Made by a program: the position numbers and the translations under genes. This document shows, piece by piece, positions 28,920 through 36,873 of a stretch of DNA of 39,323 nucleotides. Within the stretch, counting starts at the first letter, position 1. Every line of letters begins with the position of its first letter. Location of the stretch: NCBI GenBank assembly GCA_964252165.1, contig CAXUMS010000014.1, positions 1 through 39,323 on the forward strand, read 5' to 3'. This DNA comes from an uncultured Armatimonadaceae bacterium. Its GTDB lineage: Bacteria > Armatimonadota > Armatimonadia > Armatimonadales > Armatimonadaceae. The notes under the pieces are model-generated. The model saw only the letters and a list, made by a program, of their open reading frames with translations, searched no databases and was not told the DNA's origin.

Positions 28920-29723
28920 ATGGATGACAAAATTCCCTTTTATCTGCGAAAAATTGGCGAGACCATCGAGGGCCGTCTGGGCGAAGCGGTGGACAAGAAA
29001 CGGCAAAGCGAACGAACGGAAAGCGGGCCGCCCGCGCCCCGAGGTGACAGGAGCGACGAACGCATGGACTTTATCGAGCCGGACTGGGACGAGTTAGACC
29101 GCAAGGCGGATATGATCGTGGCCCGCTACGCGGTAGTGTCGGCGATCTGGAACGTACTGCCAACCCCACTCGATGTGATGGGGGTCGCGGCGACTTTCTC
29201 CAAAATGACGACCGAACTTGCGGGCGTGTATCAGGTGATCGTGTCGTCCAAGCGGTCGCGCGAAATGGGCTGGGCGATTGCGACAACCACAGCGTCCGTG
29301 CTGGGTATCGCGTACGCCGGATCGCGCCTGATGAAGTACCTGCCCGGCGGCTACCTCGCGTCGCTTCTCGTGCAGGCGCCGATTGTAGGCGCGGTGGCGT
29401 GGGCGGCGGGCGATGCGCTTAAAGATTACTTCAAGCAAACCCGTAAAGGCGTGGAGCCGGGCATCAACTCGCTGCGCGATTCGTTCGCGCAAACGCTCCA
29501 TATCAAACTGCGCTCCGCAAAACCCACGATAAAACTGGACGACGCCACTCCCGCCCCCGGAACCACAACAACGCCCCCCCCGTCCCCTACCGTCGCCCCA
29601 ACCGCCGAGGCCGCGCCCCCGCCCATGGAGCAAATCATCATCCTACACGAACTGCTCAAAGCGGGCGCTATCACCCAAGCCGAATTCGACGCCAAAAAAA
29701 CCGACCTCCTCACCCGGGTTTAG
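28920..29723 (+). CDS. hypothetical protein with C-terminal SHOCT domain
   Basis: 267 aa. Pro/Thr-rich linker, then LHELLKAGAITQAEFDAKKTDLL, a SHOCT-like terminal helix motif. Central hydrophobic region. Confidence 0.5.
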   Translation: MDDKIPFYLRKIGETIEGRLGEAVDKKRQSERTESGPPAPRGDRSDERMDFIEPDWDELDRKADMIVARYAVVSAIWNVLPTPLDVMGVAATFSKMTTELAGVYQVIVSSKRSREMGWAIATTTASVLGIAYAGSRLMKYLPGGYLASLLVQAPIVGAVAWAAGDALKDYFKQTRKGVEPGINSLRDSFAQTLHIKLRSAKPTIKLDDATPAPGTTTTPPPSPTVAPTAEAAPPPMEQIIILHELLKAGAITQAEFDAKKTDLLTRV

Positions 29724-30036
29724 TCTAGGTTCGGTTGTTTGTTTGTGTTGGCGACGCCGTCTACGTTGTCGTGAGTCTAAATCGCTCATGCCGCGCGGCA
29801 CCCTCTTCCAGGGAGGACCAACCAAACGTTGGATCGGTTATTGTGTAAACGAAAGGTCTCGCTGTTTTTCGACGTGTCGAAAAACAGCGAGACCTTTCGT
29901 TTAAGAATGCACGGTCAAGCGTTAGGCTTGAGCCGCCCGCGGCTTGAGAGGGTGCCGCGCGGCATGAGCGATTTAGACTTCCGACAAGTAGACGGCGTCG
30001 CCGACACAACAAACAAACCAAACTAACAAACTAAAC
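29717..30036. repeat. nested inverted-repeat element (~320 bp) lying exactly between convergent stop codons
   Basis: Outer arms of about 88 bp, roughly 85% identical (29717-29805 vs 29948-30036), with GTTTGTTTG-type ends. Core contains a perfect 27-bp stem at 29847-29902 (AAACGAAAGGTCTCGCTGTTTTTCGAC / reverse complement) and a GCCGCCCGCGGC palindrome. Mirrored small ORFs in the track (29643..29825 minus, 29829..30026 plus) are artefacts of the repeat. Confidence 0.7.
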
Positions 30037-30045
30037 GCGCGTCAG

Positions 30046-30546
30046 TCAGGAAAGACGACGGTGGGCGTGGCGGTAGCGGCGTAGGCGTGCGATGTCGGTA
30101 TCAGTGAGGTCGGTGAGGCGCAGGAGGTTTAGGTTGTCTTCGAGGTCAAGCAGTTTTACCTGACGGGCGATGATTCCTGCGGGGCCGACTGCGGCCGCGA
30201 TACGTTCGATAAAGGCCGCGTAGCCGGTTTCTCCGGTTTCGTCGGGACGTTTCGTTACCAGATCCAGGGCATCGGTGACGATTGGGGAAAAGCCTGCCGC
30301 GCGAAGTTTGGCGGGCGTCCATCGGTCGGCCTGGTTTGGGTTTTCGTCGTCTTCGATCACATCGTGCAGAACGGCGACAACTTGCGCTTCGGGCGTGGTC
30401 GCTCGCAGGAGAAGGCGGAGCGGGTGCAGGATATACGCCGCTCCGTTTTTGTCGCGCTGGTTTTCGTGGACGGTCGCGGCGATCCGTACGGCTTGCGCCG
30501 TTAAAGCCGCCCATTCGTTTTGGGCCTCGTCTTGCTCAAGAATCAC
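30046..30546 (-). CDS. HD-domain protein, RelA/SpoT-type (p)ppGpp hydrolase-like (small alarmone hydrolase-like)
   Basis: 166 aa. AAYILHPLRLLL...VLHDVIEDD matches the RelA/SpoT HD hydrolase signature YIxHPLxVA...LHDVxEDT. Confidence 0.6.
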   Translation of the reverse strand: MILEQDEAQNEWAALTAQAVRIAATVHENQRDKNGAAYILHPLRLLLRATTPEAQVVAVLHDVIEDDENPNQADRWTPAKLRAAGFSPIVTDALDLVTKRPDETGETGYAAFIERIAAAVGPAGIIARQVKLLDLEDNLNLLRLTDLTDTDIARLRRYRHAHRRLS

Positions 30547-30578
30547 AGAGTGTTACCGTTGTTCGTTTCGCATTTGGG

Positions 30579-31331
30579 CTACTTCAGATTGACGCGGCTC
30601 AGGTCTTCCGTGACCACGCCGCCATTGTTGGCGAAGCGGCGGGCGATAATGCCCACGCCAGGCGCGAGCCACATCACCATCGGGTAACGAATTTCGCGTC
30701 CGTTGTTGTCGAGCGTGATCATGGAATCTATGCGATAGGCAGTGAACTTACCGGCTGTCGCCGTGATGGGTTCCATAGCGCTAATTCGGTGGTAGGCGGT
30801 GGCGGGAATAGAGATTTTGGGACCGAGGTGCGCGACGCCGGTCCAGCGTAGCGCTTCGCCCTCCTTGACCGGAAGCGACACGATGGGGATCGGCGGCGAA
30901 AATGTGAGAATGGGCGGTTTTTCCTGGCCCACGCCAAGCAGGGAAAGGCCCTTCGCGTCGTAGGCGTAAACATCCCGTCGCACAATGGTTGCGCCCCACT
31001 GCGTTACCAGCGTTTTTGCAGTCGGGCCGCCAATACCAGGCGAAGCGCTCACCGTGACCAAGCCGGGGCGGACGCCCTTCGCGTTCATCACGCGCATTTT
31101 CCAGGTCGCCCCCATGCCGAGCGGGAGCAATGCGCCTTTGAACTTGGGCGTTTCTTTTTTTGCCGCTTTGCTCGGTTTTAGGTAGGCAATATCCGGCCCC
31201 TCATCTGCAACGCCCTGCTGACACCCTTGCGCGAGCGGAAGCGAAACAGTTAGCGCCACAGCGAACAGCGCGGAGCGGCGGCGCACGACGCAAGAATTGT
31301 GGCCGCGCGTTGCGGTTTTTAGAGGCGTCAT
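30579..31331 (-). CDS. hypothetical lipoprotein
   Basis: Start taken at MTPLKT... (ATG 31329-31331), adjacent to the upstream stop. Signal plus lipobox LAQGC. No recognised motifs. Confidence 0.45.
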   Translation of the reverse strand: MTPLKTATRGHNSCVVRRRSALFAVALTVSLPLAQGCQQGVADEGPDIAYLKPSKAAKKETPKFKGALLPLGMGATWKMRVMNAKGVRPGLVTVSASPGIGGPTAKTLVTQWGATIVRRDVYAYDAKGLSLLGVGQEKPPILTFSPPIPIVSLPVKEGEALRWTGVAHLGPKISIPATAYHRISAMEPITATAGKFTAYRIDSMITLDNNGREIRYPMVMWLAPGVGIIARRFANNGGVVTEDLSRVNLK

Positions 31332-31332
31332 A

Positions 31333-32031
31333 TCAGGAGCCGCCTTTTCCGGCGCCGCGCTTGCCCTCAGACCACGCCGCGCCATCTTTTTTCAAATCCT
31401 CGTACAACGAGCGGCACACTTCGATAATATTGCGCCGCGCCTGCGCGCCATACTGATCGGCGGGGCTGACCCGCGAGAACGCGCGGACGATGCAGGACTG
31501 CCGCCCCGACCGGGTGACATTCAGGCCGGTGATAAGACGCGGGACGACGTCCTTGTTCGAGCGCAAACCGCCCTCCCCGGTCACATTTCCCTTTTCATCC
31601 TGCACCCAGAAGAACATCAGGACCCGGTCGCCCGCGTTATCGCCTTTTAGAACCACCGCGCGAACCGGGCCGACTCCCGTCCCGAAAATGGGGAGCCGCG
31701 TTTCCGCCGTGATGCTATAGCCGTAGCCGCTCTGGGCGACCAGCGGCTCCGTATACGCATCGAAGGTTCGCGTGGCGATGATGTTCGCCTCGACGGATTC
31801 GTCGAACGAGTTTTGATATTGACGCCCCAAAGCCGGGGGACGGCCCATCATGTTCAGTGTGGCCTCCGATAGCGGCACATCGGTCGCCGTCCAAACCCCG
31901 GCGGCGGTGTTGGGGATGTTCGGGACCCATTTCCCCTGCTGGGCCAAACGCGCGCTCACGAAGAGACCGGGCAGGGCCGTTAGCAAGAGAATGAAACCCA
32001 CGCGAATAAACAACGTCTTGGAAACACTCAC
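31333..32031 (-). CDS. N-terminally anchored hypothetical protein, possibly EpsI-like (exosortase-associated)
   Basis: 232 aa with a single N-terminal TM. Translationally coupled (4-nt overlap) to the upstream polytopic membrane protein. The EpsI call rests on context and size only. Confidence 0.35.
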   Translation of the reverse strand: MSVSKTLFIRVGFILLLTALPGLFVSARLAQQGKWVPNIPNTAAGVWTATDVPLSEATLNMMGRPPALGRQYQNSFDESVEANIIATRTFDAYTEPLVAQSGYGYSITAETRLPIFGTGVGPVRAVVLKGDNAGDRVLMFFWVQDEKGNVTGEGGLRSNKDVVPRLITGLNVTRSGRQSCIVRAFSRVSPADQYGAQARRNIIEVCRSLYEDLKKDGAAWSEGKRGAGKGGS

Positions 32032-33293
32032 TCCGGCTTTTCCTTTTCCGTCGCGATGGTCGTCACGCTTTTCTCCGGGACCACCGAAGCAACTTGGTTT
32101 TCAGACGATTCGGCGCGGGCGGCGGCATTGGTTTGCATTTCCCACGCGGAGTTCAAGCGGTACTTGTCGGTTTCCATAGTCGCCGCGACATCGAACAACA
32201 AGCCTGCATCGGTCGAGCGCCGACGCCCGATACGGTTCGCCGCGAGAAGCGATAGGTAAAAAGCGAGCGCGACATAAACCCAATCGGTTACGCCATAAAG
32301 GAACGCGGCGATTTGTCCATCTAAAACGCCCGCGACGCCGATAAGGAGAACGCGGAACACATTCAGCAAAAGCGCAATGCCGAACGCGACGACCAAAATG
32401 ATCAGCGCGATCATGATGCGCGTTTGGCGAAGGAGCAACACCAGGATCATTAACGCCAAAACCGGCAGAATAATGCCCAGCCCGCTGTACTGCGACGACA
32501 CTTCCAGCGTATAATGGGGAAGAAGCAGGTAAACGCCGCGCATGTCCGCGCCGGTGTGGAACGCTTGCAGGGTTTGTCCGACAGCGGCGACCGCGCCAAA
32601 TTGAAGTTTTCCGGTGGCGTAGGCTAAGAGATTAGCGGGCGGCGGGACCATCAGTATCAAGAACAGAAGCGGCTGTGTCAGGGCGCGGGTGATGAACGGA
32701 CCGTACAGGTACAAAATAATACCGACCGCGATAACGACCGCGCCCAGCATCGCGACCGATGTCAGCCATGTCAGGTAGGAAAACAGCATCAGCGCGCAAC
32801 CGAGCAGTAAAATCACGATAGGCCCGCGCCGTTTTTTGCTTTCCGGCGGGAACAGGGCGACCAGTTCGCGTTGCATCGCGGACAGGGTTTCGCGGCGGGT
32901 CCAGGCGAGGTAAATAGCGCCGAACGGAACGAACGCTTGGAAAAGTAAAGGGGAGCCGGGCGCAGTCCATTGTCGCCAGAACCACTGAAGCGGGTCAACA
33001 ACGGTAGCATCGGCGGCGTTAAGGCCGAAGATCAACGTCCATGTCCGCCAAAGCCGCTGGAAGGGGTTAATGAGAAGCAGGGCGAACGGAACGCCTATCA
33101 GAAGCCAGTGCGTTTCGGTCTTGCAAAAAGCGCGAAAAGCGGCGGGAAACTCCCGGAGCCACGCGATTGCGGCTCGAAGCGCGTTTTGCGCTCGCGCAGG
33201 CAACGACGTGTCGTGGGAAGCCGTAACATCAAGGGATGAAGCGTTCGTAGTCAAGCGTTCCTCACCCAATAAACCGCGTCGCGCGGACCGCAA
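32028..33293 (-). CDS. polytopic membrane protein, possibly exosortase/archaeosortase-family-like
   Basis: 421 aa with 8 or more TM helices. Segment LEVSSQYSGLGII resembles the exosortase active-site region but without the expected Cys. Family assignment is uncertain. Confidence 0.4.
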   Translation of the reverse strand: MRSARRGLLGEERLTTNASSLDVTASHDTSLPARAQNALRAAIAWLREFPAAFRAFCKTETHWLLIGVPFALLLINPFQRLWRTWTLIFGLNAADATVVDPLQWFWRQWTAPGSPLLFQAFVPFGAIYLAWTRRETLSAMQRELVALFPPESKKRRGPIVILLLGCALMLFSYLTWLTSVAMLGAVVIAVGIILYLYGPFITRALTQPLLFLILMVPPPANLLAYATGKLQFGAVAAVGQTLQAFHTGADMRGVYLLLPHYTLEVSSQYSGLGIILPVLALMILVLLLRQTRIMIALIILVVAFGIALLLNVFRVLLIGVAGVLDGQIAAFLYGVTDWVYVALAFYLSLLAANRIGRRRSTDAGLLFDVAATMETDKYRLNSAWEMQTNAAARAESSENQVASVVPEKSVTTIATEKEKPE

Positions 33294-33466
33294 TCGTTAG
33301 CGGCGGGCGTTAAGCGCGGCGCGTCAACGTTACGGTCAGTATACAGCGCTTGCGGTCGGGACGGCGGCTTGTTTACATGCGAAAGATTTGTTTCGCCCCT
33401 GCGAAAACAAGCGGCAACCAACGCTGTAGGTTAAGCGCCTAATAGATGTAGGACAAGGAACGGACG

Positions 33467-34219
33467 ATGTCCATGACTGCGGAAACGATTTATCAAACTT
33501 TATTTGGCATCGGGGCGGTCGGCTTGCTCGCGCAAACCGTGATGGGCTTCGCGCATGTCGGCGGCGGGCATAATCACGGCCACGGCGCCGACCACGGCCA
33601 CGCCGATTTTAACCATGGCGGCGCATCGCACGCGGGCCATCATCTGGACCACGGGGCGGCGCATACCGCAACCCCGGCGGGCCACAGTGGCGACACGGCG
33701 GCGCACGGTCACGGTCAGCATGGTCACCAGACTCAGCATAGCCACGACCACGACGGGGACAACCACGGGCGCTCCGGCGGGTCGTCGCTTGGAAGCGCCG
33801 TGATGGGTCTTTTGTCGCCGCTCACGCTGTTCAGCGCGGCTTTGGGCACGGGTGCGACCGGCCTTTTGCTGGGGGCCATCGTGCGCTCGTCCGTTCTGCT
33901 CGCCCTCGCCGCCGTTCTTGGCGGAATCATTTTGTACGCCGCGGTGGTTCAGCCTATCTACCGCGTTATTTTTGGGTTCGCATCACGGCCCGCCGAGGCC
34001 CTGGAAGGCGCGGTCGCGAAATCCGCGGAAGCCATGACGCGCTTCGATGCGCGCGGTCAGGGCATCGTTAAAGTCAACGTGGACGGGCAAATCGTCCGCC
34101 TACTCGCCCATCTCGACCCCGAGGACGCCAAGAACGGCGTCGCGGTTTCGCCCGGCGAATCGCTTGTTGTTATCAGTGTGGACAGCGCGAAAAACGTTTG
34201 TCAAGTCACCCGTTTGTAA
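33467..34219 (+). CDS. NfeD-like membrane protein (short form) with His-rich N-terminal tract
   Basis: RBS AAGGAACGG upstream. N-terminal ~75 aa carry about 25 His (HNHGHGADHGHADFNHGGASHAGHHLDHG...). TM helices follow, then a C-terminal OB-fold-like GIVKVNVDGQIVRLLAHL...GESLVVISVD. Immediately upstream of a flotillin gene. Confidence 0.65.
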   Translation: MSMTAETIYQTLFGIGAVGLLAQTVMGFAHVGGGHNHGHGADHGHADFNHGGASHAGHHLDHGAAHTATPAGHSGDTAAHGHGQHGHQTQHSHDHDGDNHGRSGGSSLGSAVMGLLSPLTLFSAALGTGATGLLLGAIVRSSVLLALAAVLGGIILYAAVVQPIYRVIFGFASRPAEALEGAVAKSAEAMTRFDARGQGIVKVNVDGQIVRLLAHLDPEDAKNGVAVSPGESLVVISVDSAKNVCQVTRL

Positions 34220-34336
34220 GATAGCAGGAGAGTTGATAGCGAGAAAGTCAGACCTGACGAGAACGTGCGATCTTCTTCTTTAAACTTTCTTGCTATCTTG
34301 CTACTCACTTTCTTGCCAACTCCGAAGGAGTTTTGA

Positions 34337-35737
34337 ATGAATCCCCTTTACGTCATTATCACGGTGGTACTCGCGCTTATTTTTGTGCCAGTCATCGTGA
34401 GCCGATTTTTAGCCACCGTGGAAGCCGGTACCATTCGGCTTGTGTCGCGGTTCGGCGGCAACACCAGCATTTACAAAGGCCCCGGTAAATCTATCGAGTT
34501 TCCGCTCATCACGACCGGCACCACGATTCCGTCGAAAGCCATCAATATTGACCTCGACATCGCGGACCAAACCGCCGATGTGGACCGGAACGGCGCGCCC
34601 AAACCGATCAAGGTGCGCGTTTTGGCGTCCGCTATCGTGTCGGTCGGCGACTCGTCCGAGATGATCACCACCGCCGCCAACAAGTTCTTCTCGAAACCGC
34701 TGGACGAGCAAACCGGTATTTTGTCGGACCTGCTGACATCTACCGGTCGGCGCGCGATCAACCTGTTGAACCACGACGAACTTTTTTCGGCGAAAACGCC
34801 CAACAGCGGCAACGACTCGGCGGCTCTTAATCCGAACAATCAGGTCGCGATGGCGATTGCGTCGTCGTCGCCCGAAGAAGATGACCGCTTGGCGATTATT
34901 ATCAAGGGCGCGTGTTCGCGTGAACTTCAGGACTTAGGGCTGGTTTTCAACTCGCTCAACATCAAGGAAGTGCAAAGCGAGGTCGCCGAGGCGCGCCGCC
35001 GACAATCCGCGGTCGAGGCCAAAGCGAACGCGGACATTATCGCCGCCGATCAGGAGCGACGCGCCAAAGAAGCGCAACTCGCCGCCGAGCAGGCGATCAA
35101 CGATAAACAGCGCGACCTGGAACAGCGACGGGCCGAGAACGCCGCAACGGTCGCGCAGGCCGAGGCCAAGCGTCAGGACGCATTGGGAACCCAGCGCGAG
35201 GCGGAACTGAAAGCGACCCAGATCGCGCAGGCGAACGCCGACGCCGCCCGGGTTCGCGTTCAGGCCGAAGCGTCGGCGGATGCGGAAGCCGTCAAGATCC
35301 GCGCCCTCGGCGCGGCCCAGGCGGATGCGATCCGCTCCATCAACGAGGCCATCAAGCAGGGCGGGGATGCGTACCTTGCGCTTCGGCAGTTGGAGATATT
35401 GCCGCAGATCACGCCCGCTATCGCGCAGGCATTGGCGCAAGCCAAACTTATCAATATCAACAGCGGATCGAGCGCGGAAGGGCGCGGCGCGGCGGGCGGC
35501 GCGACCGACCAAATCACCGGCGTGATCCAAACCCTGCTCGCGACCCAGTTGGTGAATGGGCAGTTGCGCCTTGACAACAACGGCAACGGCAATGGGAACA
35601 ACGGCAACGGGAACGGCGCTCTGCTGGTTCCCGCGCCCGCCGGAAACGGCGCCAGCGCGCCCGAACCGCCGAGCGGCGGCGATGGCGGGGCGAAAGGCTA
35701 CGACTTAGGTATCAGCCTGCCGGGCAAACGCCGCTAA
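34337..35737 (+). CDS. flotillin-like SPFH/band-7 protein
   Basis: RBS AAGGAG upstream. N-terminal TM, SPFH domain, long Ala/Glu/Gln-rich coiled coil, NGNGNGNNGNGNG tail. Confidence 0.85.
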   Translation: MNPLYVIITVVLALIFVPVIVSRFLATVEAGTIRLVSRFGGNTSIYKGPGKSIEFPLITTGTTIPSKAINIDLDIADQTADVDRNGAPKPIKVRVLASAIVSVGDSSEMITTAANKFFSKPLDEQTGILSDLLTSTGRRAINLLNHDELFSAKTPNSGNDSAALNPNNQVAMAIASSSPEEDDRLAIIIKGACSRELQDLGLVFNSLNIKEVQSEVAEARRRQSAVEAKANADIIAADQERRAKEAQLAAEQAINDKQRDLEQRRAENAATVAQAEAKRQDALGTQREAELKATQIAQANADAARVRVQAEASADAEAVKIRALGAAQADAIRSINEAIKQGGDAYLALRQLEILPQITPAIAQALAQAKLININSGSSAEGRGAAGGATDQITGVIQTLLATQLVNGQLRLDNNGNGNGNNGNGNGALLVPAPAGNGASAPEPPSGGDGGAKGYDLGISLPGKRR

Positions 35738-35774
35738 AAAGCGGCTGACGCTTCCTTCCCCTGAAATCAGCATC

Positions 35775-35813
35775 GCCCCGGCGCAAACGCTTTGCGCCGG
35801 GGCGTTGTTTTTA
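35775..35813 (+). terminator. Rho-independent terminator after the flotillin gene
   Basis: 13-bp GC-rich stem GCCCCGGCGCAAA / TTTGCGCCGGGGC with a CGC loop, followed by GTTGTTTTTA. Confidence 0.7.
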
Positions 35814-35930
35814 TGCGTGAGGCGTATTTCCAAAAGGTTGTCGTGCTATCATTCTTGTATTCGGTACAATGGGAGCGGCCCAACGCCCCGCAGGGTTGCG
35901 GACAAAAACCGTTTACAAGGAAACCTGCAC

Positions 35931-36752
35931 GTGCCGCTCCCCTACCGCCTCGCCGCCATTGACCTCGACGATACCCTGCTCGGGCCGGACAAACTGATTA
36001 GTCTGGAGAACGCTCAGGCGGTGCAAGACCTGCGCGATAACGGCGTTCATGTGGTCCTTGCATCGGGGCGGCGCCACGAGAATATGCTCCGATTTCACCA
36101 GCGACTGGGCTTATCCGGGCCGATTGTGTCGTGCAACGGCGCGTTGGTTCGCGACGCCGAAATAGATGCGGTTTATTACGAAAATCTGGTTCCCGCCGAT
36201 TTGGCCGCCGATATTATCGAGCAGGGCGATTTGATCGAGGTGACGCAGAACTACTACCACACCAACGGCGGTTTGTTCGTCCGCGAGAAAACGATGTGGA
36301 CCGAACTGTACCAAACGCGCACGGGGAGCGTGGTGACCGAACACGGCGATCTCGCCGACTTCGCGGGGGATTCGCCGCTTAAAATTCTGTGGATTGCGGA
36401 CCACGAGCGTATTGCCGCTTTGCTTCCGTCCGCCCTCGACCGCTACGGCGACCGCTTGTATATAACGACGACCGACCCGGAGTATCTGGAGTTTATGGCG
36501 CGCGGCGTCAGCAAGGCGGTCGGCGTGGGCGTGGTCGCCGAGCGCATGGGCGTGTCCGCGTCCGAGGTTGTCGCGTTTGGGGACAGCAACAACGATGTGC
36601 CGATGCTGGAATGGGCCGGTATGAGCGTCGCCGTCGGTCATGCCCGCCCCGCCGCGCTTGCCGCCGCGAAAATCGTCGCGCCGGAAGGCGACCCGGAAAC
36701 CGCCCTCGCCCGCGCGGTAGATGTAATCCTACGGCAGGCCCCGGAAATTTAA
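35931..36752 (+). CDS. Cof-type HAD-IIB family hydrolase
   Basis: GTG start at 35931 with AAGGA 9 nt upstream. The ATG at 35805 sits inside the upstream terminator. Motifs IDLDDTLL (motif I) and GDSNNDVPML (motif IV), Cof-like cap. Confidence 0.8.
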   Translation: MPLPYRLAAIDLDDTLLGPDKLISLENAQAVQDLRDNGVHVVLASGRRHENMLRFHQRLGLSGPIVSCNGALVRDAEIDAVYYENLVPADLAADIIEQGDLIEVTQNYYHTNGGLFVREKTMWTELYQTRTGSVVTEHGDLADFAGDSPLKILWIADHERIAALLPSALDRYGDRLYITTTDPEYLEFMARGVSKAVGVGVVAERMGVSASEVVAFGDSNNDVPMLEWAGMSVAVGHARPAALAAAKIVAPEGDPETALARAVDVILRQAPEI

Positions 36753-36867
36753 CCACAAAGGCGCAAAGGACACAAAGAAGAGATAAGAAGATAAAGCGAA
36801 ATTCCTTTTTGTTTCTTCTCTCCTTACTTCTTTGTGTCCTTTGCGCCTTTGTGGTTAAATTTCCGGG
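36740..36867. repeat. perfect 41-bp-arm inverted repeat with 46-nt spacer, between convergent genes
   Basis: Left arm 36740-36780 CCCGGAAATTTAACCACAAAGGCGCAAAGGACACAAAGAAG. Right arm 36827-36867 is its exact reverse complement. The left arm includes the last 13 nt and stop of the HAD gene. The right arm ends 6 nt before the stop of the DUF1559 gene. AT-rich against the 65% GC background. Confidence 0.8.
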
Positions 36868-36873
36868 ACTTTC

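Noticed and set aside
29643-30026. Small mirrored ORFs 29643..29825(-) and 29829..30026(+), both containing RVPRGMSDLD
   Set aside because: The identical peptides on opposite strands are a direct consequence of the inverted repeat, not coding sequence.
34934-35607. ORFs 34934..35530(-) and 35260..35607(-) antisense to the flotillin gene
   Set aside because: These are antisense translations of the Ala/Glu-rich coiled-coil coding region and therefore artefactual.
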